From Octopus vulgaris (lineage: Eukaryota), in NCBI GenBank assembly GCA_951406725.2, contig OX597814.1:52948001-53012000 (forward strand): a stretch of 64,000 nt of DNA. The letters are read 5' to 3'. Position numbers and translations under genes: made by a program. The notes under the pieces were generated by a model. It saw only the letters and a program-made list of their open reading frames with translations, was not told where the DNA came from and ran no database searches. Below are positions 12,651 through 25,554 of the stretch, piece after piece. Each line of letters opens with the position of its first letter. Within the stretch, counting starts at the first letter, position 1.

Positions 12651-13906
12651 CAAGGTGTGTAAGATATTTGAGGACAGATTTATGTTTATAAAAAAAACAG
12701 ATAACAACAGATAAATTTATTTATCAAAAAATGCCGAGGATAAAAATAAACCTTCTTTTCTATAATGTTATTCAATAAAGCCACCTTCAGCTTCAACAAC
12801 TGCTTCTATATGAGATCTAAATCATCTACATGCTCGAATCAAGTGATCCTGGTTTATTTTGGACATTACTCTAACTATGGCAGCTTTGAAAGAATCTTTG
12901 GTGTTATGAACACATTCATTGCCCTCTCTCTCAACAATGCTCCACATGTAATAGTCCAATGGATTGAGATCTGAGGAATTAGGAGGCCAAATGTTAGCGG
13001 GTTATGTGATCATGAAAATTTTCAGCCATCCATTCCTGTGTTATTAGAGCCATGTGTGATAGTGCAGAGTCTTACTGAAACCCATATGACCTTCCATTAC
13101 ATACACTGTCTATCCATGGCTTAGCAATTATTTCCAGGATCTCAATGTAGGTGGCAGAGTTAACTCTAAGGTCCTGTGGAAAGAAGTAAGGAGGTATCAC
13201 ATGTACTTCATTGCTGACAACCCCTAAAACCATGACAGTTGCAGGAAATTTTGTATGCATAACACTTGGAACTTCAGAAGGGTCTGCACATAACCATCTG
13301 TCATTTCTTCAGTTAACTTTTTGATCTTGGTTGAAGTTTTCATTGTTTGAGAAAAACCAAATCAAATCTTCTGCTGAATTTTTCAGTTTGTTTAAGAACC
13401 TTTTAGATCTGATGCAGTGATTTTCTTTTGCTTTTTCTGACAAACTGACCTTTCCTCATCACATAAGACTTGTATCTGATGTCTTCATGGATAACATTTC
13501 TAACTTTTCCTTCTGACACATGGAGATCTTTTGCAATTGACCTCATGGACTTTCTGGGATTGTAATCAATGGTCTGTTGAACTTGATGGATAAATTCAAG
13601 TACTCTGATGGTTTCAGAGCATTTAGAGTGCTTTTTTATGCTTTGGTACTGGTGATATGTTTCCGCCTTCGGTCTCTAGCTCCTTACAAACTTTGTAAGC
13701 AAAAGATTTGACAACTTTTAAAAATCGAGATATTTCTAAATCGATATCCTCAGCCTTTATAATCACAATAAAAGCATGTCTCTTCATTTCTTGAGTAAGC
13801 TGAGGATCTGCCATTATTATTTTCTGAAACAAAGATTATACAGAGTGAGCAAAAAGTGCAGCAATGACCCAAAAAAGGTATGTCCTCAAATACCTTACAC
13901 ACCCTG
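12651..13906 (-). mobile_element. Tc1/mariner-superfamily (maT/DD37D-like) element, full length but decayed
   Basis: TIRs CAAGGTGTGTAAGATATTTGAGGACA / TGTCCTCAAATACCTTACACACCCTG; peptides MKRHAFIVIIKAE, HTKFPATVMVLGVVSNE...PPYFF and WPPNSSDLNPLDYYMW. Confidence 0.88.
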
Positions 13907-13952
13907 TGTGTGTATGTGTGTGTGTAAATGTGTGTATGTATGTATGTATATG

Positions 13953-14525
13953 CAGAGTGGGGCAAAATGACCTGACACATTTGTAGGTTTAATAAAGCGA
14001 AATAGAATAAATAATGATAAAAGTGTTTATATTTTCCAAATGTACATATAATGCCATTTTGTTTCATTTCATTTCAGATTACCCATATGGATTGGACAGG
14101 TGAGCATTGCACCTTCATTGTGGAAACATTTATCAAGAACAATGAATTGGTAACTGCAACGCAAAGAACATTCCATGTGCATTTTAGGCTTGGTAGACAT
14201 GATCCCCTACCTTGTTTGAAACATGATTTTATTATGGGTTACGAACTTCAGAGCTAGTGGTTCAGCATTGATACGAACATCAACTGGCTGGTTGCGGACC
14301 GCCAGAACTTTGGAAAATGTGGCAGTGGTAAGAGCTTCAATTCAACAGTCTCCACAACATTTAGCAAGGAAACACACCACTGCTCTTGGGCTTTTCAATA
14401 GAAGTTTGAGAAGAGTTGTTCACAAGGATCTGCAAATGCATCCATACAAATGCTGTTGGTACAGGAAATCAATGAAAGAGACCATGAGAATTGCAGAATA
14501 TTGTGTTTGGAAATTCAACATGTCC
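13953..14525 (+). mobile_element. Tc1/mariner-superfamily element 5' part (DUF4817-type HTH transposase)
   Basis: CAGAGTGGGGC end; MDWTGEHCTFIVETFIKNNELVTATQRTF...ILLWVTNFRASGS...RTLENVAVVRASIQQSP...LQMHPYK. Confidence 0.75.
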
Positions 14526-14534
14526 CCCATGGCT

Positions 14535-14953
14535 GACATTATATACAAACATTTTTGGGGAAAGTGTTTTAGGAAGGGGTGCAGTAGGGAATTTCCAAAA
14601 ATTTACCAGAGTCCACTTCAATTCGTCTTAACTGTCAAAAAAATGGATATTTGTCAATGAAATTCTCTACAAATATACCTCAGACTATGTAGATTCCAAG
14701 GACATAGGAATTTTGGGGGAAAATAATTGGGGGTTATTTTTCAGAACTGTTTCCCACTCAAGGGTGTTTTGGAACAAGTCGTCCATATTTGTTTCATTTT
14801 CTCCCACCCCTCCTAAAACACTTACCCCCAAAAAAATTTTGTATATTCGGAATCTACATGATATAACACATATTCATAGAAAATTTTATTAAAAATATCC
14901 ATTTTTCTGAAAGTTATGATCATCCAAATTGTGCAGAAATCTGTAGTTATGCC
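14535..14953. mobile_element. Foldback/MITE-like repeat with internal inverted repeats
   Basis: 14541-14581 and 14640-14720 are imperfect reverse complements of 14805-14910; the end aaaatatccatttttt...atctgtagttatgcc recurs at about 33590-33652. Confidence 0.5.
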
Positions 14954-15728
14954 GACAAATTTGGCACTTTCCTTCTAGGCATGGTTGTATATGTATACAG
15001 AAATACATGAGTGCAGAAGATAGTAAACAATAAAAATAACTTGGTAACCGAAATTATGTTTCTTAATATGAAGGGCAGAAAGTAAATAAGAAATTTTAAT
15101 GGAAAATAAAGTATTGTACGGGTTGAAGTGAAATTTGTCACTCAGTGAACCAAAGAGCCAGTATTGAAGGAACCAGAAACAAACTGTCAACAACAGAAAA
15201 ACACAAAACTGAACAGATTGAAGTGAAATTTATGAAGATACTTCTGTCAGTAAATTATGAAATTACTCATATCAGTAATTGAAAACGTCTTTCTGTCAGT
15301 AATTTGTCATTGTTTGTTTGCAAATAGTGATTGAAAATTTAGACTTACAGGGAAAACAATAACATGGAAGTTAAACAATGGCATATGAAAATTGAAAGTG
15401 AAAAGAATAGCATCTGAAAAATGAAAGTGAAAGCAAAAGATATAAATAGAGAGATAGAGAGAGCTGGGTAGAGAGATATACATAAAGAGATATGTTATGT
15501 CACTGATGCTAGAAAACCAGAAGTAAATATTTAAAAAAATTTCAAAGATGTGAATGTAATATAAAAAGCAATATTTTTTTAATTTTTAATAATTTTTAAT
15601 AAAGAAATCAAATGAACAGCCTATTTTTTGTCCAAGGTCAAATTATTCATGCATCATAAGTATGAAAGCAATTGGTGAAGCCGTTTTTGCATGAAAAGTG
15701 ATTACACACATCTCTATTTTATATATAC
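14950..15728 (-). mobile_element. Helitron 5' fragment
   Basis: Minus strand begins TGTATATATAAAATAGAG and shares catgaataatttgacct with the 5' end at 18637; MPRRKVPNLS start at 14982 resembles RepHel N-termini. Confidence 0.6.
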
Positions 15729-16254
15729 ATACATATACTAGCAGAAATACCCAGTGTTGCTAGGGTTAATGAAAATAATGAAATTTAAAAATGCCTCTTA
15801 GATCTCTAACTAACATGAAACAGAGACTACACAGTTCCCACCTTCTAGTAGCTGAGATACCAACCTTATACATTAAGAACCCTGTGTTTCCCAGATTATT
15901 GAAAATATGGAAATTTAAGTATGCATTTTAAATCTCTAAGTAAAATGAAACATGGATCATACAGTTCTCAACAGTTATTAGCTGAGGTACCAACTATATA
16001 TGTTAATAACATGTTTTGTCTGATGTTCTCACTGTTAAAATTGTTAAAAAAGCAGGTAGTTCTTTGTTTTTGCAATCACCTTCAATTGTCAGTACTTATT
16101 TGAAACACATTGAATCTGAAAATGCATAAATTTGAGAACTGCCCTCTGGGCACTCCTCTCCTGCTAATAAATACATTTAACAAAAATTCCATCAGATGAC
16201 ATGAGTATAAAAAATGTTTTGAAGCAAATTTGGAAATCAATCACAGTTTAATTA

Positions 16255-17455
16255 TCTAGAGCTTCTAAATATACAATGTTTTGAGTGTGTCTTTTAATTG
16301 GTGTTTAAATGAAAAGATTTTGGGGATTTCCAACTTGTGAAAATCCTATATATAATTGCCCATGAGAGAAGCAAGGTGAAGTCCAACAACCTTGGGAGAC
16401 TGTCCTTGAGATTTGTTTATTGACATAGCGAAACTTGGTTTCACTGGGAACTGGAACTGTTTAAATTCAAAGGAGAAGTCATATGGGATTAACAGGATCC
16501 ATGGAATGAAGATGTCCTCACCCTTATAGTTTCCAGTCATAATTGTTGCCTCTATGACATGGGGCCCCATTGCTTTCACTACCAGTGCAATGGCATTGGT
16601 GCCATTGCACAGGTGGGGGTGGATCCAAGATTCCTGAGCAGCATGATTGGGGCCCCCTTTTTAAGTGTTAAGTGGTGAGGTGGCATCCCAGATGGCTGTA
16701 GAGAGTTCAGGAACTCAATTGGAAAAACTACAGTTGATTTTGTTGACAGCATCATTACATGGAGCTAAGATGGCTCGCTCACAGAGCCACTGACTGTTGG
16801 TAAAGTTTTGTGCAATGTTTGGGAGCACATGCATTATGAGATCATTGACAATTGGTACCACCTCACCACAGGGTAGCCGGTGTTGCTGCATTTGGTGGAC
16901 ATATGGTAGTTGCCCACTCCCTATCTTCAGAAGCTGGTGTGAATACAGCCTTGCAGTTTGATCACCAAATAATTGGGCCCTCATGTTAACTGTCAGGTGC
17001 AGTTTAGTTACTTGCATCCACAGATAGGATTGCTTGAGACAGCCCTGTAGTTCATCTGCTTTTGTACCTTTTGGGATCACAGGAAAGGTTTGTTTGAAAT
17101 CCCCAGCCAAAACTACAGTGATCCCCACCCATGTGAATGTCCTTTCCTCTCAAATCTCTTAGGTTACGGTCAACAGCCTCAAGTGCTCCACAGTGAGACA
17201 TGGTGCATTCATCCCAGACAATCAAGTGCATCTGCTGCAAGACCTTGGCCCTTGCTGATGTCCTAGAATTGTTGCAAATTGGAGTCTGTGTCCTAACTAA
17301 ATTCAAGAGAAACACGAAAGTAGAATGAGCTGTTCGTCCACCTGTTAAGAGAGTAGCTGATATTCCAGAAGACGCTACTGCCAATGCAAAGTACCCATCT
17401 AGATGGACTAACAAAAGGTTGATGAAAAACGTTTTGCCAGTACCCCCAGGAGCAG
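16255..17455 (-). pseudogene. Helitron PIF1-like SF1 helicase, frameshifted
   Basis: APGGTGKTF (Walker A), [63 protein letters not shown]. Confidence 0.92.
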
Positions 17456-17469
17456 TACATCATTCAGTC

Positions 17470-18310
17470 AATTGACAAAAAGGCGTCTATCTCTTTATGA
17501 ATTTTTTTTCTCACACACACACTCACATAACTATATATCATCATCATCATCGTTCAGATGATGATGATGATATATCTTATGTATACGAAGTTGACAATTG
17601 ATCAATTAAATGAAAGAAAAAGTGTCTATCCCAGTATGAAATTTTTTTTCTCACACACACACACTTAAATAAATATATATCTTATATATATAAAACAAAC
17701 CTGTTGAGAATTGAAACTTTTTACGGAAATGAACCTTTACCTACGGATATACAAATGGAAAGGTACAGAAGATTCTGGTACAGAGTGATCCAGCTGTTTG
17801 GCCATCCACGAGGACACACAAAAATATATGTCTTATATATATAAAACAGACCTGTTGACATATGAAAAAAGGCCACTATCTCTGTATGGAATCTACTTAG
17901 ACACACACACATGCGAGCATGTGCACACGCACACACAATAATATATATCATATATATGAAACAGACCTGTTGACATTTGAAAAAAAAAAGGCGTCTGTTT
18001 CCCTATTGAATGTATTTTCACACACTCACATTAATATATATCTTAACAGATCTGTTGACATATGCAAAGGAGGCTTCTATCTCTGTGTAGAATGTATTTA
18101 CACACGCATAAATATATATCTTGTATATAAAGCAGACCTGTTGACATTGGAAAATTTTTACAACATATGAAAAAGAGGCATCTATCTCTGTGTAGAATGT
18201 ATTTACACATACACAAATATATATCTTATATATGAAACAGACCTGTTGACATTGGAAAATTTTTACAGAAATGAACCTATACATACAGATACACAAATAG
18301 AAAGCTGGAG
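17470..18310. repeat. Imperfect minisatellite inside the Helitron
   Basis: Repeated aaacagacctgttgaca...aaaaaggcgtctatctct...cacac...atatatatcttatatat units of roughly 100 bp. Confidence 0.8.
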
Positions 18311-18689
18311 AAGAATATAAAAAATGAAAGTACCTTTAGAAATTCTTTTTTTATCAGAAATCATCACAACTGTAATGATGTATACAGCTGGTTACTTAGT
18401 TACTACATCAGAACATCAGACACAGGAAGTTGACTTTGACAAAACAGTTTGAAGAAGTGAATCTTTATTATATATATAAAGCAATATTATTTATTTTTAA
18501 TAAAAAAATAAATCAAGACTGTATTATCATTTCCCAGGTCAAATTATTCATGTACCCCAAGTATGGTACAGACTGATCCATAGGTTTGGCTGTGCATAGA
18601 GGACACACACACGGACAACATATTTTATATAGTAAGATATATATATGTATATATATATATGTATGTATGTATATATACTGAAACTATAT

Positions 18690-18998
18690 CGCTTACGACA
18701 ACAAGGGTTCCAGTTGATCCAATCAATGGAATAGCTTGTTTGTGAGATTAACTTGCAAATGGCTGATCACTCCACAGACAAGTGTACCCTTTCACATGCT
18801 TCTCAGGGAGATTCAGCATGACACAGAGTGTGACAAGGTTGGTCCTTGAAATACAGGTATTACTCATTTTTGCTAGCCAAGTGAGTTGGAGCACTGTGAA
18901 ATAAAGTGTCTTGCTCAAGGACATAATGTGCCACTGGGAACTGAGCTTATGAACCTACAATCACAAGCTGAATACCCTAACCACTAAGCCACGTGCCT
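18690..18998 (-). mobile_element. tRNA-derived SINE family B
   Basis: Minus strand GGCACGTGGCTTAGTGGTTAGG head followed by tgtccttgagcaagacactttatttcac. Confidence 0.8.
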
Positions 18999-19231
18999 GT
19001 ATATATGTGCCATTTAAATTCTGAACATTCATTCTACGTTAAATGGATTTGCATCTTAACTAAGAAAGAAAGCTCTATTGATGAAATTTAAATAGCAACT
19101 AATCTGCAGAGACACATGCTGAATTTGACAAGTCCAGAGCAATTTTTTTACTTCACTGTTGCTCTTACAGACTGAATTTACTTGATATGTTACATGTATA
19201 TGGAAGATATATAAATATGCATTTATATGTC

Positions 19232-19612
19232 CTTTTACTATTTTACTTGTTTCAGTCATTTGACTGCGGCCATGCTGGAGCACCACCTTTAGTTGAGTAG
19301 ATTGACCCCAGGACTTATTCTTTGTAAGCCTAGTACTTATTCTATCGGTCTCTTTTGCCAAACCGATAAGTTACAGGAATGTAAACACACCAGTATTGGT
19401 TGTCAAGCGATGTTGAGGGGGACAAACACAGACACACAAACATATATATATACATATATATGACGGGCTTCTTTCAGTTTCCTTCTACCAAATCCACTCA
19501 CAAGGCTTTGGTTGGCCAGTGGCTATAGTAGAAGACACTTGCCCAAGATGCCATGCAGTGGGACTGAACCCAGAACCATGTGGTTCGTAAGCAAGCTACT
19601 TACCACACAGCC
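19232..19612 (-). mobile_element. SINE family A, full length
   Basis: Reverse complement of the 21959-22358 copy. Confidence 0.85.
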
Positions 19613-19816
19613 ATACAAACTGAATTAAAGAACATGAAAAAGAATATAATGAGGGAATATCTAGGTGGATTCTAAACAACATTCTCTGGTTGACACCTTG
19701 ATGAACTAAGTGCTATATCATATACACTTGCCCAATATCTTTGTCAGAACAAGTCACATAATTAACCAGGGAGATTGCATTTTTAATTCTTGTATACTTT
19801 TATCTCCATTTCAAAT

Positions 19817-20165
19817 CTTTTATCGTTTACTTGTTTCAGTCATTAGACTGTAGCACTGCCTTTTAGTCAAATGAAATGACCCCAATACATTTTTTGTTTT
19901 TTAAAGCCTGGTACTTATTCTATCAATCTCTTTTACAGATTTGCTAAGTTATGGGGATGTAAACACACCAACACTGGTTTTCAAATGGTAGTGGGGGACA
20001 AACACAGACACACATTCACATATGATGGAATTCCTTCAGTTTCCATCAACCAAATCCACCCACAAGGCTTTGGTTGGCCCAAGGCTATAGTAGAAGACAC
20101 TTACCCAAAGTGTCATGCAGTGAGACTGAACCTAGAACCCTGTAGTTGGGAAGCAAGCTTCTTTA
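19817..20165 (-). mobile_element. SINE family A
   Basis: Reverse complement of family A, slightly 5'-truncated. Confidence 0.8.
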
Positions 20166-20447
20166 TTTCATTACATTTGCCATAAAGGCATAATGCAGAT
20201 GAAGCTTTGCAGGCTGGACACAGACACAATGATGATGATGGAATGAAAAAAGAGATGGTTGGTGGGGGAAGCAGCCAATGCCTGCTGATTGTTATTTCCC
20301 GATAATATTGTTCTTTTTTTTAAAAACACAAATGAGATATTGAACCTCTTACAATAATTACAAATTGAAGTGGTGAGCCTCTTATCAATCAAAAACATTC
20401 AGAAAATATTCAAATTGAGGTGCTAAGCCTCTTACCAATCTCCAAGT

Positions 20448-21045
20448 TCAAGTCGAGGCACTAAGACCTCTTACTCTGCCTCCCTGCAGTTGCAAGCCAG
20501 GGTCCCCAAAAATATAATTATATTCTTTCTTAGTAAAGGAATCCATCACCCTATAAAAATAATTTTCCTCCATGACCTCTGCAGTCACCTGCAGAGACCA
20601 ATCTGGGTTATCAATGCTGGTCAGGACCGTCCGTTCCTGACCTTCAAGATTCCTCACAAAGTTCTCTATGGCCACTCCCTTAAGAAAGATCACAAATTCC
20701 TTATTTGTTACACTGGGAGAGGCCACAGTTTCCTCTGTTGGTGGAACAATTCCCACAGATGAGGTTTCGGGATATGCCGGCAGTGTACTGCTAACTGCTG
20801 GCACTGTCCCATTCTTTTTCTTCTTTTTTCTTGTCTTTGATATGAGAGAGGGTGGTTCCTTCACTTTAACCAGAAGATCATCGCTCCATCCTGCAGCTTT
20901 GGGGTCCTTCAGTGAGCAACCACTGTTGCCCACCTTCTTCCTTTTTTTCCCCCCTTTTTTTCCAGGGGGGTCTCTACCTCCTTGACTACCTCCATCTCTC
21001 CCTCTGGAGGAGGAGGGGGGAGGCTCTTCCACAACCAACTGTTCC
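20448..21045 (-). mobile_element. Orphan 196-aa ORF, probably the C-terminal part of a LINE ORF1
   Basis: Open, GC-richer than its flanks, K/G/P-rich basic tracts, no splice signals seen; family assignment is inference only. Confidence 0.4.
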
Positions 21046-21958
21046 AGGACCCTACTCTGGAAGAAATGACACAGGTGAAACTATAGGGGTTATAATAGAT
21101 GTGTCAGCTTTCAAACAAAAAATAAAGATTGTTAAAATATAATAATGGTGCAAAATGAGCAGCTGTCAAAGTTTACCATAAACCTTACTACAAATTTCAT
21201 ATTTGACGACCTAATAACAAGCTTGATTTTAAAATTAATCTTTCATTTTCATGCATACAGTTGGAAAAAGGGTATATATGTTACTTTAAGTAAACATATG
21301 TACATACTTTAAGTATATGATTTTGACTTTTAAACTTGCAAGCTCTGATACACACAAATACTCTCATTATAAGAAACATATTGAAAGCTGTAATAATGAA
21401 AATATAGAAAACAATTAAATAGTTAACTGCTGAAAAAGCAAAATAATTTCTGGTTTTTAATAAACTTTAATACTAACAGATTATTTGAGTTTCAAATAAA
21501 ATTCCTTTTATTACTATCACTGATACATAAATAGATAGATATTTGAATTTACTTATACGTGACAGTATGCCAAAATCAATCTACTAAATAACTAAGGAAT
21601 TTATGCCATATTACTGGTAATCCTACGCAAGTTTTGTTTTTATATTACTGTTGAGATAACAGCTGGAGCATATTGAGAGAAAAAATAATTTTTTATTAAA
21701 ACAAGTTACTGAAAACCACAGTTTGCTATGTCAACAGAAGCTGAAATCAAATCACCAGCAATGTGCTTTTCTTGATCAAAACACTTAATTTTCAATTATT
21801 CAGTTATGCAAATAAGCACTTTAGGGTGTTAGAATGTTCCTACTGCAAATATTTTGAGCACTCTAATGGCAATAACAAATGTTTCATGTTGAATTCAGCT
21901 TCCCTTTCTTCTACTTTGTCAATGCTGCCATTGTTGTCATTTAATGTCTCCTACCCTA

Positions 21959-22358
21959 GGCGGAGGAGTAGCTGTGTGGTAAGTAGCTTGCTTACCAACC
22001 ACATGGTTCCGGGATCAGTCCCACTGCGTGGCACCTTGGGCAAGTGTCTTCTACTATAGTCTCGGGCCGACCAAAGCCTGGTGAGTGGATTTGGTAGACA
22101 GAAACTGAAAGAAGCCCGTCGTATATATGTATATATTTATATGTGTGTGTATGTGTGTTTGTGTTTGTCCCCCAACATCGCTTGACAACCAATGCTGGTG
22201 TGTTTATGTCCCCCATAACTTAGCGGATCGACAAAAGAGACTGATAGAATAAGTACTAGGCTTACAAAGAATAAGTCCCGGGATCAATTTGCTCGACTAA
22301 AGGCGGTGCTCTAGCATGGCCACAGTCAAATGACTGAAACAAGTAAAAGAGTAAAGAG
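21959..22358 (+). mobile_element. SINE family A, full-length reference copy
   Basis: Pol III-like head TAGCTGTGTGG...GGGATCAGTCCC, CORE-like ccttgggcaagtgtctt, internal (TA)/(TG) repeat, tail tgactgaaacaagtaaaagag; CpGs retained. Confidence 0.85.
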
Positions 22359-22669
22359 AGTGTCCTTACTGGCATGAGTTGAACAGTTTGACAGGGAACT
22401 GGTGAGCTGCAGGGCTATGTCAAGTTCCATTGTCATCTTTGGCATGATTTCTATGGCTGGATGCCCTACTGAGTGCTTTTTTCACACCACCAGCATGTAA
22501 AATTGTTAAGAACTTCAAAAAAAGATTAGCTCTACACTGTTTATTTGTACTAGGTACACTGTATGATACTAATGAAGTAAGTAGTAGTACTACAATGATT
22601 CAAAGGATTACAGGACTCACTCAGCATATATTAATATATCTGTTACTTTCAGCATTTAAAGTGACTTAC

Positions 22670-22741
22670 CATGCTTTTTACTATTTACCCATTCTCCTTC
22701 ATATTTAAAAAATGTGTTACTGTAATGATAAACACCATAAC
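22670..22741 (-). CDS. MORN1: MORN repeat-containing protein 1, exon 2 (72 nt, phase 1/1)
   Basis: ttttcattcttgcag|...|gtaagt; reads (G)[23 protein letters not shown](G), close to vertebrate MORN1 [26 protein letters not shown] as recalled; in frame with exon 1. Confidence 0.9.
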
Positions 22742-23614
22742 CTGCAAGAATGAAAAAAAAAAAATTGGGGGTTACAGAGTATAAAGATATAGGAAAATGC
22801 AATATTCATGCCCTGATTAAAGACTGTACTGAAATAAAAATGAAATTGCCCAAACTGTTATCTGAGCCACAGATTTCATTTGACAAGAATTTATCATTAA
22901 ATCACTGAACTCTTCTGAGAACAATTTATCAAAGATAGAGCTCTTCCCAGATTTTTTCTTTTTTTTTTTTACCAGAGTATTCTACAGTTGTTTGCCTGTA
23001 GTGTATAATTGTTACTTAACCATGTTTTATGCCCACAGTTAAATACAGTGCACTAATTTTATTAAGTGAATTTTTACCCAAGAACAAGGCTATTGCTCTA
23101 GAGAGAGGTAGTCACTGCTAATTTAATTGGACTCCACTGTCTTACTGGTACTTACTTTAATGAAAGTGAAAGGTAAAATCTGAGCACTATAGGGATCTGA
23201 ACACTAAATTGTGAGGCATTAAAATAAGTATTGTAAAACACTGGGGATAATGATGAAGATATGCAGTAGTTTCTTCTTTCTTGCCAGCCACTTTTCAAAG
23301 TGTCAAAAGGTCAGCTGTGTAAGAGAAACTTAACTACTTCACTATGCACTCTACTGCAAAATATGGCATAAGAAAAGAAGATCTTCATCAAAGAAGGAAT
23401 AGTGCACATGACCTTTGTAGGATTCCCTAGACTGTTGTTATTGATGTTTAACTCAAACATCTGTAGGGTAATATCTATAAGGAAAGAAGGGAAAAAATCT
23501 TTGGTTGTGAAGAAATTCCAGAGAGGGCTGCGCAAAACGTGTAGTGCTGGATCTGAGAGAAGAGACACAATAAGGATGTTGAGAGCAGGAGAAACAAGGG
23601 AAGTGATGTGGATC

Positions 23615-23616
<2 letters not shown>

Positions 23617-23665
<49 letters not shown>

Positions 23666-23698
23666 GTAGGTAGGTAGGTAGGTAGGTAGGTAGGTAGG

Positions 23699-23785
<87 letters not shown>
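23617..23785. repeat. (GATA)n(GGTA)n(GATA)n(GA)n microsatellite
   Basis: Seen directly. Confidence 0.95.
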
Positions 23786-23787
<2 letters not shown>

Positions 23788-24716
23788 CATGTAAGCTTAA
23801 TTCAGAAACCAGAGGCTATGGTAGTAGCAATAAAAAAAAAAAACCAAAGGAGAAGAGACAGGTAGGTCTATGTTGGAGTATATCATGAGGAAGTATATTA
23901 AGGCCATCACTCAGATGGTCTTCTTTTCAGTGTAGTCTAGAATGTTCATAACCATTCTACATTGATCTTTCTGTATGCTCATAAACCTTTGACATAAACA
24001 GATACTTTCAATTTAGTATCTTGTAGTTTGATATTTAAGTTACTCTCTTTATTTGATATTGATATAAATCTCTGGCTATAGACTTAATTTCTAACTTATT
24101 ACAAGATGAATTTTAGTAACAGTCCCATACATTCAATTAACTGATTCGCAAATTAGGATGACCATTATATCTCGGATATCTATTTGGTTGTGAACTCATT
24201 CAGTGTATTTTGACACAATCCTATTATCCCAGATATAGAGTTAAATGTCTCTTGAGATATGACTCATCGTGTGCTACATTCAGTTACATACTAAATTTAT
24301 GAAATGTTCTGTATCATCACAATATGATTTCAGATCCCTAGTTGCGAATCTGATATGGTAAATCAATGTCCTATAATATATTATCAATATAATATCATAT
24401 TATCATGTTTAGATTTGTGCCATATGTTTGGTAAATTAACTAATCCTAGGCTTATTAATAATTGATTTTAAGATACATGGGCTATAAAGACTCTAGCAAG
24501 GTATGGATCTTCTTGTATTATAAATAGTGGTGCACTTAAAGGATACAATAATGGACAACTAACAACAAGGGTATGAGTTCTAATCTTAGTATTGTATCTC
24601 AGTCAATGTACATAAATCTACTTGGCTTGAATATAGTACAGCTAATATAGTGGAATGGTTAAAGATATATAAGGTTCAATTCAATAGTAAAATACAGCTC
24701 TAATAGTAATTAATGT

Positions 24717-24975
24717 GGAGGCATGTGGCTTAGTGGTTAGGGTGTCAGCATCAAGATCGTAAGATTGTGGTTTTGATTCCTGGACCGGGCAACATGTTGT
24801 GTTCTTGAGCAAAACACTTCATTTCACATTGCTCCAGTTCACTCAGCTGGCAAAAATGAGTAACGCTGCAATGGACTGGTGTCCCGTCCAGCCGGGGAAC
24901 ACATACGCCATAGAAACCGGGATACCAGGCCCATGAGCCTGCATAGGCTTTAAAAGGGTGCATTTATTTTATTTA
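24717..24975 (+). mobile_element. tRNA-derived SINE family B
   Basis: GGAGGCATGTGGCTTAGTGGTTAGG...GGTTTTGATTCC head, CORE-like segment, (TTTA)n tail. Confidence 0.8.
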
Positions 24976-25314
24976 TTATAATAGTAATTAATAAATAAAT
25001 ATCTAAATATGAAAACTCAAAATTATATGTGATCCAGATGTATTGCAGTTATCCATAACAGAAGTTATTAAATGTAGTTCAAGAACTACTCATATGATGA
25101 ATTTCAAGTATTAAAGAAATCATGTAGCCACTTAAAGGGGTTGAGCTATTAAAAATATAATAGTTAGAGCATGTATGGGGTGAAAAACTTTTAGGGGATT
25201 GTTACCACAGTTGAAAATGAAAGGTTATTTGTACCTGATTATCATTACAGACCTATACAGAGCAGATGTCAAATCCTACTGAACAAACTTGTGACTAACT
25301 GATCTTCAAACTCT

Positions 25315-25532
25315 AATTCGTTAGCATTCAGATTACTCTGTCAAATGTAATACATATTCATTTACATTGATGTGAATTAATCATGCATTATCTCATAGCT
25401 ATGTGATTTCAATGATGTGATTGTTTATATTTTGATTGATATTGTAGGTAAGTGTGAGAGGCCAGAACTGGCATGTTTGAATATAAAAAAGAAAATTTTG
25501 TGCCAGGTATGGCCAGTTTAAATGCTAAAGAG
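25315..25532. mobile_element. piggyBac-type MITE copy
   Basis: ttagcattcagattactctgtcaaatg...aatgctaaagag followed by TTAA. Confidence 0.7.
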
Positions 25533-25554
25533 TTAAACCAGATGACTTACAGGA

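Larger units (their letters stand above)
15738..18637 (-). mobile_element. Helitron with both termini, non-autonomous (about 2.9 kb)
   Basis: 5' A|TCTTACTATATAAAA at 18637; 3' hairpin acccTagcaacactgggt then CTAG|T at 15741-15738; contains a helicase pseudogene. Confidence 0.85.

Noticed and set aside
17533-17575. Perfect 19-bp hairpin (ATC)n/(GAT)n
   Set aside because: Low-complexity trinucleotide arms, explicable as LINE tail remnants.
17470-18310. Regularly spaced acagacctgttgaca words as a CRISPR-like array
   Set aside because: The spacers are homologous to each other; this is a Helitron-internal minisatellite in eukaryotic DNA.
23990-24480. Possible Penelope RT remnant on the minus strand
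   Set aside because: Only faint motifs (KLKVSVYVK) and many frameshifts would be needed; not supportable by eye.
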